Notes under the pieces: generated by a model
Databases searched by the model: none
Told to the model about the DNA's origin: nothing
Seen by the model: the letters and a program-made list of their open reading frames with translations, nothing else
NCBI GenBank assembly: GCA_038064935.1
Contig: JBBTRZ010000017.1
Location: forward strand, 1-52,918
Direction: 5' to 3'
DNA length: 52,918 nt
Origin: Patescibacteria group bacterium
Lineage (GTDB): Bacteria; Patescibacteriota; Minisyncoccia; Phycocordibacterales; JACOZG01
Shown: positions 8,401-17,096 of the stretch, in pieces
Numbering within the stretch: the first letter of the stretch is position 1
Layout: each line of letters opens with the position of its first letter
Translations under genes and position numbers: made by a program

Positions 8401-11400
8401 TTAATTAATAATTTCCCCTGCTGGTTCTGATTGTATCATTTCTGACTTCAACCCGCTAGGCAAAATGGACTCCGGCTCAATAATCGCTTCCGGCAATGGT
8501 TCCGGCGCTCGGGGTTGACTCACTAGCGGAGCGGGTTCGACTGGCTCGACTGATTCAATTTCATTATCATTCTTACTACCACCACCATTGTCTCCCCCAC
8601 CGCCACGACCGTCTTCATCTGGCTCCTCGGGTTCAATCTGAATACCCGAGCGCTTAAGAATTCTCTTCAAATCGGCTTCATCAACGCAGGTTTCCCCCAC
8701 GCAAATCTTTTCTTTAGCTCGGAAGGTATCGGCAAATAGGTCTTTGAGGCCATTCCCAGCGTCAGCCAGCCAATTCAAAATCTTTTCAAAAAAATTGTCG
8801 GGAAAATTCGGAGCCAACGAGGGCGACTGCGCCAATCGAGTTTCAACTCTCGAAGACAAAGTTTCAACTTTGAGATTAAGTTCTTGAACTGATTCAACCA
8901 GTAAGGCAGTGACACCTTCATAATAAACGGTTCTTGGTTTTCCTTTTACATCCAGATGAACTAAGAGTGGTTCAATGTCTGATACTTCTTCAGCAATCAA
9001 ACCAAACCTTCTTTTGTTTTGATCGTTGTAAATGAAGGAAACGGGATTAAGAGAAAGAATGGTGCCAAGGCTACCATCAATATTGACAATATCATGCTTA
9101 AACCGTTTGGAAGAAGTAACGCAGGTGTCGGAAGTATCTCTAACCACATCGTTGTTAGCATCAACACACAAAGCGTCAGTGGTTGCTAAATCAGAGCTGG
9201 TTAAATTTTTGAAGGAAACCGTGCCATCAACCGAGAATGTCCGCCACGGCGAAGTGGTGCCAATACCGACCTTGACTTGGTCGGCGCCGGTGCCACCCAA
9301 CACCAAACTGTCGGAAGCTCCGACCTTAGCATTGTGACCGATCGCCGCGGCGTTCGACAAATTGTTGCTGATAACATCAGCGCCGGCACCGATCAAAGTT
9401 AATTTACTACCAGTGGTATTGGTTAAACCAGACCGAAAACCTAAAGCGGTGCTTGAGGCGCCGGTGGTATTGTTTAATAATGCTTCATAGCCGACAGCGG
9501 TGCTTGAAGCGCCGGTGGTACTCACACTTAAAGACAACCGGCCAACCGCCACATTAAAATTCCCAATAGTGTTAGTTCCTAACGAACTATCACCTAGAGC
9601 GACATTGTAATAACCCGTGGTATTTTGAGATAAAGCATCATTACCGATAGCTAAATTATTACTCGTCTGATTATTAGTTAAAGCTCCAACACCGATGGCA
9701 ATATTATTAGAACCAATGGCATTGCTCGCTAAAGCGCTTGTGCCAATGGCGACATTAGAACTGCCGCTAGTGTTGCTTTGCAAAGCGCCTGAACCAATAG
9801 CTACATTACTAGAACCACCAGTTAAAGCAGACAGGGATAAGTAACCAATACCGGAATTCTGAATTCCGGTAAGAGAAAAATTGCCGGCACCTACTCCGGT
9901 AAAAGTATTTTGCGTGCCATAAGTATGTAATAAACTATCGGTGCCTGATCTAATAATACCCGCGGTCGCGGTGGTCGCCGGCAGTCGCAAATTGCCAGTG
10001 ATCTCCAGTTGTTCATTAGGACTCGCTGTTCCAAATCCGATGTGACCGTTTTGATTGACCCCGCCGATGTAGAAGGCGGGGGTGGAGGAACCCTGATTGG
10101 CGACGACCAAGCCAGCGTTTTGAGTATCAAGCTCGAGAGTCAAGCGACCCCACGGGGTAGTAGTACCGATGCCGACATTACCCAAGACTATGGAACCGAG
10201 CAAAATATTGCCATTGGCCCCAGCGCCGGCTTTGGCTCCGGGATCAATTTTGACACTACCACCATCAGTATCAACATTTGCTCCGTTACCGGCTGAAAGA
10301 GTTAAGGATCCGCCGGGTGTATCGGCCGTAGTAGAATCAACAACATCAATCGAGATATCTCCGCCGTTTATTGATCCAAGAGTCAGACCGCCCGAGGCGG
10401 TGATCGTGGTTATGTTCAGCAAAGCCCCCGAGCTGTTTATCCGTTGGGTGCCGGCGCCAGCGCCGGTGTTGATGCCGGTTGTGCCGTTCAAGACGGTGCC
10501 GGTGATAGGGTCGGCGTTGTTGATCGTTCCGAAGTCAGTGGTGATCGTCCCGCCGTTGAGCGCCCCGACGGTCACCAGCAAACTTGCTGTGGTGAGACCC
10601 GAGGCGGTCGTCACCCCAGCGCCTAAGGTCGTCGCGTTCAAGACCGAAGCGCCGGCGATGGAGTAGGCGGCGGCCGAGGCCAGATTCAAGTTGCCGGCGG
10701 TGTCGAACGAGGAAGTGGCCGTCGCCCCGAAGTAGGCCGGGCCGTAACTCGAGAAGAGAGTGGTCGAAGCGCGGGCGAATTGTTGCAGTCCCGTCCAGAT
10801 GTTGGGGTTGGTTAAGTTGAGGGAAGCGACGACGGTACCAATCGTCACGGGAATCGAGAGCGTGCCGTCGGCATTCGAGACCGAGGCGACGGCCCCGGCC
10901 GGGGTCGTCGTCGCAATGACGCGACCAGTTGAGTCAACGGCGAGGATGGTGCCGGCGGCGGCGGCGAGACCGGTGATCGCTTGATTGGTCGTCGTGGCCG
11001 AAGTCGAGGTCGAGTTAACCATCGTCAAGTTGGTGATGGTTGAGGAAGCGGTAGAGAGAAAACCGCTAGAGAAAGTACTTGTGGTGTCGGTGCGCGCAAA
11101 CGAAATTGAATCCAAACCATCAAGTTTATCGGCTTCAAAAGCCGCCGGGACGGCGCCAATAACTTTCCGCGGTGTCATCTCACCGTCCGCGGCCACATTC
11201 ACGCCGAGATATAAAGTTTGATTGAAGTTGACCGCGGCGAGACTACTGACCGAGCCAAGCATCACGCTAAAGAGGCCATTCGTCACGGTGACCGTCTGCG
11301 TTTCGCTCCAGGGATTCAAGCCGCCGCTTGCGGCCGTGTATAAAGCGAAAGCGATCGAGTAGTCCCCGTCCGCGACCGCGACATCGCTCGCGTTCGTGAG

Positions 11401-11544
11401 TTTACCTTGATAATTTATTTGTTGATTGATCGCGGCCTGAACCGTAGAGGCACCAAAAAACAACAGCAAAAAAACGATCGCCGTAAAAACCGACCTTCGT
11501 AGCATACGGCTCAAATTATAGCACTTTCCGTCCTCAATTTTCAT
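8401..11544 (-). CDS. Large surface protein with YadA-head-like repeats and a C-terminal tail-fibre/endosialidase intramolecular-chaperone (peptidase S74) domain
   Basis: 1047 aa with a signal peptide (VFTAIVFLLLFFGASTVQA). A run of NxAxG/NTxG repeats is present (SNVAIGSGALQSNTSGSSNVAIGTSALASNAIGSNNIAIGVGALTNN...). The S74-like block reads SSKRFKHDIVNIDGSLGTILSLNPVSFIY...FGLIAEEVSDIEPLLV...YEGVTALLVESVQELN. The tail is acidic and Pro-rich. An alternative start is the Met at 11505. Confidence 0.8.
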   Translation of the reverse strand: MKIEDGKCYNLSRMLRRSVFTAIVFLLLFFGASTVQAAINQQINYQGKLTNASDVAVADGDYSIAFALYTAASGGLNPWSETQTVTVTNGLFSVMLGSVSSLAAVNFNQTLYLGVNVAADGEMTPRKVIGAVPAAFEADKLDGLDSISFARTDTTSTFSSGFLSTASSTITNLTMVNSTSTSATTTNQAITGLAAAAGTILAVDSTGRVIATTTPAGAVASVSNADGTLSIPVTIGTVVASLNLTNPNIWTGLQQFARASTTLFSSYGPAYFGATATSSFDTAGNLNLASAAAYSIAGASVLNATTLGAGVTTASGLTTASLLVTVGALNGGTITTDFGTINNADPITGTVLNGTTGINTGAGAGTQRINSSGALLNITTITASGGLTLGSINGGDISIDVVDSTTADTPGGSLTLSAGNGANVDTDGGSVKIDPGAKAGAGANGNILLGSIVLGNVGIGTTTPWGRLTLELDTQNAGLVVANQGSSTPAFYIGGVNQNGHIGFGTASPNEQLEITGNLRLPATTATAGIIRSGTDSLLHTYGTQNTFTGVGAGNFSLTGIQNSGIGYLSLSALTGGSSNVAIGSGALQSNTSGSSNVAIGTSALASNAIGSNNIAIGVGALTNNQTSNNLAIGNDALSQNTTGYYNVALGDSSLGTNTIGNFNVAVGRLSLSVSTTGASSTAVGYEALLNNTTGASSTALGFRSGLTNTTGSKLTLIGAGADVISNNLSNAAAIGHNAKVGASDSLVLGGTGADQVKVGIGTTSPWRTFSVDGTVSFKNLTSSDLATTDALCVDANNDVVRDTSDTCVTSSKRFKHDIVNIDGSLGTILSLNPVSFIYNDQNKRRFGLIAEEVSDIEPLLVHLDVKGKPRTVYYEGVTALLVESVQELNLKVETLSSRVETRLAQSPSLAPNFPDNFFEKILNWLADAGNGLKDLFADTFRAKEKICVGETCVDEADLKRILKRSGIQIEPEEPDEDGRGGGGDNGGGSKNDNEIESVEPVEPAPLVSQPRAPEPLPEAIIEPESILPSGLKSEMIQSEPAGEIIN

Positions 11545-11581
11545 TCAAAAAGCAATGGAAATGGGGATAAATTAGGTGCCG

Positions 11582-12214
11582 TTAACACATTGATGGCGTC
11601 GAAGGACAAGAGTCAGGTCTTGTCCAGGTTTTTGATATATCGTCAGAATAGACACTTATTGAATTAGGGTAAGGAGGAGAAGGATTTGTATGATAATTGG
11701 AATCACGCATTGATTCAGGAACACCATTCATGTTTTCAACCGAACCAACAATTGTTAATTTGTAGCGCGTCCAACTTTCGTTTACTTTATACTTATAACC
11801 CCACCAAACTGTTTGTGATCCAGTAAATGATGATGCTTGGGGATCAGCCGGCCGTGGTTTCAAATAAAGTATTGGCGTTTCTAGGGACAAAAGTCTATTA
11901 GAATCCCAATTAGGTCCAGCATTAGTACAATCCCAACAACTAGTTCCCCCAGTAGAGTAATCTGGGTTTGGATCTGGCGGGTATAATCCATTGTGATCCA
12001 ACGCATATAACTCCAACGCGTTTCGGACTTGAATCAAATCCTGCACGCGTTTCGAATCGCGGGCTTTGGAACGGGCAGCGCCGAGCGAGGCGATGATGAT
12101 ACTTGATAAGAGTGAGATGATCGAGATGACAACGAGGAGTTCGATGAGAGTGAATCCCCTAATAGTTTTTAGTTTATAGATTCTAACTTTTAGGGAATTG
12201 ATTTTAATCGTCAT
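11582..12214 (-). CDS. Type IV pilin / pseudopilin-like protein with a prepilin N-terminal cleavage-methylation motif
   Basis: 210 aa with the motif KTIRG/FTLIELLVVISIISLLSSIIIA followed by a globular domain containing Cys pairs (SCWDC, SCPSTPSMC). Confidence 0.85.
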   Translation of the reverse strand: MTIKINSLKVRIYKLKTIRGFTLIELLVVISIISLLSSIIIASLGAARSKARDSKRVQDLIQVRNALELYALDHNGLYPPDPNPDYSTGGTSCWDCTNAGPNWDSNRLLSLETPILYLKPRPADPQASSFTGSQTVWWGYKYKVNESWTRYKLTIVGSVENMNGVPESMRDSNYHTNPSPPYPNSISVYSDDISKTWTRPDSCPSTPSMC

Positions 12215-12238
12215 GGATTAAATTATATACATCGAGAT

Positions 12239-14638
12239 TTATTTCCCGTGGCACTTCTTGTATTTCTTGCCACTGCCGCAGGGGCAGAGATCGTTGCGGC
12301 CAACTTTTTTCACATTGCCCGATTGAGCCAAATTAATTATTGGTTTAACCTGCAGAGTTCGACCTTGGGGATCGGTTGAACCTGGGACGGCCAGTTGCTT
12401 CATCGCGGCCGCCACTTCCTCGTTCATCGCCTGTTCCATCTGTTTGAAAAGTTGTAACCCCTCGCGTTTGTATTCCACAAAGGGATCGCGTTGACCGTAG
12501 GCCCGCAAGCGAACACTCTGTTTGAGATAATCCATCGCCTCGAGATGATCCACCCACAGCCGATCTATACTCTGGAGCAAAATCTGCCTCTCGGGCCCGC
12601 TTCGCTGAATCGAGGCGAGCCTGTTGCCAAAAAGAATTTCTTGCCGGCGGCGATACATCGTCACCCGTTGATGATTCAAGACGGTGTCGTATTCGAGTAG
12701 GTGATGACGCAAGTCGAAATTGAAGCCCTCAATCTTCCCCTGCGCGCTCTCGATCGCCCGAGCGACGAGACGATTCTCGATTGGCTGATCTTCCGGCACC
12801 CCGAGCCGACGCATCATCCCCTTGATTTTATCCGAGACGAACACTCGAGCCAAATTATCATCGAAGGAAATATAAAATTGGGTGGTGCCCGGATCGCCCT
12901 GCCGCCCCGAGCGCCCGCGAAGTTGATTATCAATCCGCCGCGCTTCGTGCCGTTCGGTCCCCAAAACGAAGAGACCACCGAGCCGCCGTACCTCGTCCAT
13001 CTCCGCCGCCGTCGCAAGCGCCCCGCCTAACTTGATGTCGACACCGCGGCCAGCTAAGTTCGTGGCAATCACCACACTCCCTTTCCGACCGGCTTCAGCG
13101 ATAATCGCCCCTTCTTCTTCGTGATTCTTGGCATTCAAAAGTCGATGGGGCACACCTTCGCGTTTCAGATGAGCGGAGACTAGCTCGTTCTTCTCGATTG
13201 ATACTGTCCCCACGAGAACCGGCTGGCCGCTAAGATGGAGTTCTTTCAAGCGCCGTGCGACAGCCAGCAACTTCCCAGCTTCAGTTTGAAAAACTAAATC
13301 CGTAAGATCCGCTCGCTGGCTGGAACGATTGGTCGGAATGCTCATGACCTCCAGACCATAAACCTTATGAAACTCTTCGGCCGAGGTCAGAGCGGTACCC
13401 GTCATTCCAGCGAGCTTACCGTAGAGCTTGAAATAATTCTGGAGCGTCACGCTGGCATAAGTTCGTGACTCGTCTTTAATCGCTACTCGCTCCTTCGCCT
13501 CGATCGCTTGATGCAAGCCGTCCGACCACCGCCGCCCGGGCTGAAGTCGGCCGGTGAATTCGTCAACAATTATTATCTCGCCGTTTTTAACCACATAGTC
13601 ATGGTCGCGATTGAAGAGAGCTTTGGCGCGTAAGGCGGTCTCGAGATGATGCACATACTTGATGCCTAAATCGGTGTAAAGATTATCAACCTGAAGCGCG
13701 CGTTCGGCGCGGGCAATGCCCGCTTCGGTGACGCTAATCGTTTTCAATTTTTCATCCACCACATAATCAGTGACGGATTCATAAGTTTCCACCAACTTGG
13801 CGAAAGTGAGATATAAACTGTCGGACGAGGCGATCGGCGCCGAGATAATGAGTGGCGTGCGCGCTTCGTCAATCAAGACCGAATCAACTTCATCAACGAT
13901 CGCGAAGTGGTGCGTTGGTCTTGAGGGCCCGCCTTGACTCGGCGAGGCAGGGAAAATAATTTGCGAGACTTGGCTGGGTTCATGGGCCAGATTATCGCGC
14001 AGATAATCGAAGCCGAATTCGTTGTTGGTACCGTAAGTGATGTCGGCTTCATACGCCTCACGACGAGTGCACGGTTTCAAAAATTCATAGAACACTTGGT
14101 AACTGCCGCTCTGATCGCGCGCCGGATCAACTTCGTTGTGACTCGCGTCGTAACGATAGGAAGCCTCGTGATTAATTACGCCAACTGACAATCCGAGAAG
14201 ATCATAAATTTGTCCCATCCACACCGCGTCGCGGCGCGCAAGGTAATCATTAACGGTCACCACATGCACGCCGCGAGCTGGAAGAGCGTTCAGGTAAGCG
14301 GCTAAGGTGGTGACTAGAGTTTTTCCTTCCCCCGTCTTCATCTCGGCGATTTTTCCCTGATGCAAAATAATGCCGCCCAAGATCTGGACATCGAAGTGCC
14401 GCTGTTTGAGCGTTCGCTTGGCCGATTCACGCACCACAGCAAAGGCCTCGGGCAATAGATCATCAAGTGTTGCACCTTCTCCTAAACGACGCCTGAAATC
14501 AGCCGTTTTCGCCCGTAAGTCCGCATCCAAAAGTTGAGCTAATTGCGACTCCAACTCGTTCACGGCCACGACTACGGATTCAAGGGAGCGCAGGTGCCGA
14601 TCGCTCGCGGTGCCAAAAATTTTCCCGAGGAGTGACAT
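12239..14638 (-). CDS. secA: Preprotein translocase ATPase SecA
   Basis: 799 aa with MKTGEGKT, VDEVDSVLIDEARTPLIIS, TNLAGRGVDI, and the C-terminal zinc finger CPCGSGKKYKKCHG. Confidence 0.97.
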   Translation of the reverse strand: MSLLGKIFGTASDRHLRSLESVVVAVNELESQLAQLLDADLRAKTADFRRRLGEGATLDDLLPEAFAVVRESAKRTLKQRHFDVQILGGIILHQGKIAEMKTGEGKTLVTTLAAYLNALPARGVHVVTVNDYLARRDAVWMGQIYDLLGLSVGVINHEASYRYDASHNEVDPARDQSGSYQVFYEFLKPCTRREAYEADITYGTNNEFGFDYLRDNLAHEPSQVSQIIFPASPSQGGPSRPTHHFAIVDEVDSVLIDEARTPLIISAPIASSDSLYLTFAKLVETYESVTDYVVDEKLKTISVTEAGIARAERALQVDNLYTDLGIKYVHHLETALRAKALFNRDHDYVVKNGEIIIVDEFTGRLQPGRRWSDGLHQAIEAKERVAIKDESRTYASVTLQNYFKLYGKLAGMTGTALTSAEEFHKVYGLEVMSIPTNRSSQRADLTDLVFQTEAGKLLAVARRLKELHLSGQPVLVGTVSIEKNELVSAHLKREGVPHRLLNAKNHEEEGAIIAEAGRKGSVVIATNLAGRGVDIKLGGALATAAEMDEVRRLGGLFVLGTERHEARRIDNQLRGRSGRQGDPGTTQFYISFDDNLARVFVSDKIKGMMRRLGVPEDQPIENRLVARAIESAQGKIEGFNFDLRHHLLEYDTVLNHQRVTMYRRRQEILFGNRLASIQRSGPERQILLQSIDRLWVDHLEAMDYLKQSVRLRAYGQRDPFVEYKREGLQLFKQMEQAMNEEVAAAMKQLAVPGSTDPQGRTLQVKPIINLAQSGNVKKVGRNDLCPCGSGKKYKKCHGK

Positions 14639-14672
14639 ACGATCGTGATGTTAGCACAGAAAAACAATAACT

Positions 14673-14704
14673 AAAATCTCTTCGCCAGCTGGCGAAGAGA
14701 TTTT
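14673..14704. terminator. Perfect 32-nt palindrome; candidate bidirectional intrinsic terminator
   Basis: The sequence is AAAATCTCTTCGCCAGCTGGCGAAGAGATTTT. It forms a 10-bp GC-rich stem with an AGCT loop, flanked by A4 and T4 so that a U-run follows the stem on either strand. It lies 35 nt upstream of the secA start. Confidence 0.55.
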
Positions 14705-14953
14705 GTATTGAAGATCAAAATTTATTATCGGCGTTTCTTGGTTGCTTTCTTCTTCGTCGTTTTCTTCATTTTCTTTTTTTTAGCCATGATCAGATTATTT
14801 TCAAATTATTTAGTAACCAGCTAGAGCAACAACAACCGACCGTTCTCTATTGTTATTGCTGACACAATTATTATCGCGCGAAAAAAAATTAACCACAATC
14901 TTTTTTCGTCCGAAATGTGGATAACTTTTTATTTTTATCACGCCGACAAAAAA

Positions 14954-15121
14954 TTATTTATGAAGTGTCGGCGAGCGGAAACCAATCATCGCAATCACAA
15001 TTGTCCCGACAAGTGTCACCAGTAAAACATAATTGGCATTCAAATTTCGATTCTTGATAACGACATAAGTCGTCGCCACCCAAATTATTATCAACGACAA
15101 CGCCGTCCACGGGTATTTCAT
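14954..15121 (-). CDS. Small two-TM membrane protein (55 aa), paralogue of the 51-aa protein at 16667..16822
   Basis: Not in the ORF track because it is under 60 aa. My hand translation is MKYPWTALSLIIIWVATTYVVIKNRNLNANYVLLVTLVGTIVIAMIGFRSPTLHK. It aligns without gaps to MRYTWTSVAILFIWISASILMVSDRLTDPEIFFFFVMAITVVLAYIGFRSQ (shared M-Y-WT, IW, R, T-V-A-IGFRS). It starts 15 nt after the kinase stop. Confidence 0.55.
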   Translation of the reverse strand: MKYPWTALSLIIIWVATTYVVIKNRNLNANYVLLVTLVGTIVIAMIGFRSPTLHK

Positions 15122-15136
15122 AATGAGTAAATACTA

Positions 15137-16657
15137 TCACGCCTTGAGGAGCTGTCGAATTTCTTCGTAGTCTTCGGCGTAGGCGGCGATGAGGTTGACT
15201 AGTTTCTCTTTGGCGAGACCCAGCTCCTCCTTCTCCACTTCTTTGAGCTCAAGCAATTGCTCGAAACTGAAGTGCGCTGTCGGATCAACTACCTCTTCTG
15301 GTTCCATCGCTTGAGTTTTTTCCCTAATTAATTTCTCGGCGACCGTGATGGGATAAGCGGTGAAAAAGTTATTGAGCGCTCGGATAATGTCGAAGTCGGG
15401 GGCCAGCCGAACGGCCACTATATCAGCAATAATCAGAGTGCGGAAGAAGAGGGCGATCTCGCGTGGTAGGTGAATTTGATAATCACTAAGTTTGAGTAAT
15501 AGTCGCGAACAGACCAAGGAGGAAGTCGGTGGACCTTCACTCGCTACGGTTCGGAGCTCATACCATGGGGCTAAAATCTCTTCAAGATCAGCTTGCAAAT
15601 TATCTACCATAATCTCTCCCACCTTGCCGATCACTTTAGCATAACGCTTATAAGTGGCTGGCTCTCTCTCCTTAAACCGATCAATTTTATCCGAGACCAG
15701 CGCTTGGCCGAAATAAAGAAAGTGTTTGCTGGCGAAAGCGAGATCGCGGCGCGCCATCCCTTCCATAATCCGCAAGAGATCGAGTCGGACAGTCCCCACT
15801 TCACCCATGAGCCCGAAGTCGAAGTACCCGAGCCGATTATCGCGGGTGAAGAAGAGATTGGCCGGATGCGGATCGGCGTGAAAGAAGCCGTCAATGAAAT
15901 ACTGACGCATGATATCGAAAACGAAATAATAGGCCAATTCCTCTCGTTCAGCGGGCGTGTGCGCTAACCCCTCGAGGACGACCTCGACGGATAAGACATC
16001 CACCATGTCTTCACTCACTAAGACCCGCGCGGTCGACCACTCGGGGTAGACTCGCGGGATAATCGTTCGGGGTTCCGACTCGCTAAAATGTCCGAGTGCT
16101 TGGGAATTAAGCAACTCCTCGCGGAAGTTGAGTTCGCGCCGACTCCAAAGGATAAACTCCTCGACGACATCCTGAACCTGAAAAGAATCAAATACTCGTA
16201 AAAAACTAAGCAGACCAGAGATAAAACGCGCAAGCGTAAAGTCGAGTTCAAAAACCTGACGCACGCCGGGTCGCTGAATTTTAACCACCACCTTGGCTCC
16301 ATCGATAAGCACGGCCCGATAAACTTGAGAGATTGAGGCGGAAGCAATCGGCACCGGATCAAAAGTTTTAAATGCCAATTCCGGCGAAAGGCCAAGTTCT
16401 TCGATGAAAACTTGTCGCATCGCGGCATCGGGCGACACCGCCACCCGCGACAAGAGATTGAGAAGTTCGTTGGCATAGCGCGGCGAAATTAAATCATGCC
16501 GGAGCGAAAGGATTTGGCCGAGCTTGAGGAAAGCGCCGCCTGCGCGTTCGAAGAAGAAACGAAGACGGACTTCCCGGCTAACCCCGCGTTCGAGTAGGAG
16601 GCGCGCGCCAATCCGACCGATAGCCCAAAACCTTTTTAAGAAATTTAGCCAGCTCAT
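15137..16657 (-). CDS. ABC1/UbiB-family atypical protein kinase
   Basis: 506 aa with the motifs ASASISQVYRAVLIDGAKVVVKIQRPGV, HADPHPANLF and DFGLMGE. Confidence 0.9.
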   Translation of the reverse strand: MSWLNFLKRFWAIGRIGARLLLERGVSREVRLRFFFERAGGAFLKLGQILSLRHDLISPRYANELLNLLSRVAVSPDAAMRQVFIEELGLSPELAFKTFDPVPIASASISQVYRAVLIDGAKVVVKIQRPGVRQVFELDFTLARFISGLLSFLRVFDSFQVQDVVEEFILWSRRELNFREELLNSQALGHFSESEPRTIIPRVYPEWSTARVLVSEDMVDVLSVEVVLEGLAHTPAEREELAYYFVFDIMRQYFIDGFFHADPHPANLFFTRDNRLGYFDFGLMGEVGTVRLDLLRIMEGMARRDLAFASKHFLYFGQALVSDKIDRFKEREPATYKRYAKVIGKVGEIMVDNLQADLEEILAPWYELRTVASEGPPTSSLVCSRLLLKLSDYQIHLPREIALFFRTLIIADIVAVRLAPDFDIIRALNNFFTAYPITVAEKLIREKTQAMEPEEVVDPTAHFSFEQLLELKEVEKEELGLAKEKLVNLIAAYAEDYEEIRQLLKA

Positions 16658-16666
16658 TCTGGCCGC

Positions 16667-16822
16667 TCACTGGGAACGGAACCCGATGTAAGCGAGAACC
16701 ACGGTGATCGCCATGACGAAGAAAAAGAAGATTTCGGGATCAGTGAGACGGTCCGAGACCATGAGAATCGAAGCGGAAATCCAGATAAATAGAATGGCGA
16801 CCGAAGTCCAAGTGTAACGCAT
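16667..16822 (-). CDS. Small two-TM membrane protein (51 aa), paralogue of 14954..15121
   Basis: Internal Met of ORF 16667..16915 (MRYTWTSVAILFIW...YIGFRSQ). The N-terminal 31 codons of the long ORF are not hydrophobic and have no counterpart in the paralogue. The stop lies 9 nt before the kinase start. Confidence 0.6.
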   Translation of the reverse strand: MRYTWTSVAILFIWISASILMVSDRLTDPEIFFFFVMAITVVLAYIGFRSQ

Positions 16823-17068
16823 AATATATTTTATTTTCTCCGACCCAAGGTTGGCCAGCGGGTGCGAGCTCCAAAAACTAAATGTCTTTATGTGAGTGCG
16901 ACCGCCGGCCAACATTGGCCCCGAAAGATTATGGCTAAAGTATAGTTAATTACTAGAAGGCACGCAAATCCCGTCGTACCAGTGATGGCAGACGGGACTT
17001 ACGCAAGACATCTAACTTATTGTGGCTCGTCCTCCACCCGAGGTGGAAGAGAAGCACTCACGATGGGC

Positions 17069-17096
17069 AGTATACTCTGGCTAAAACTTTTGTCAA
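17069..17096 (-). promoter_or_regulatory. Candidate sigma70-type promoter (TTGACA, 16 nt, TATACT) for the small-protein/ABC1-kinase operon
   Basis: On the minus strand, TTGACA lies at 17096-17091 and TATACT at 17074-17069. A roughly 240-nt hairpin-rich leader follows before the ATG at 16822. Confidence 0.45.

Noticed and set aside
8401-11544. Tail-fibre domain protein as evidence of a prophage
   Set aside because: No capsid, terminase, portal, integrase or other phage genes are nearby. The protein has a Sec signal peptide and adhesin-like repeats, so a cellular surface fibre is more likely.
14958-15140. The 60-aa ORF in the supplied track
   Set aside because: It is acidic and Cys-rich with no features. 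A different minus-strand frame over the same DNA (14954..15121) gives a two-TM peptide that is a clear paralogue of the protein at 16667..16822, so that frame is preferred.
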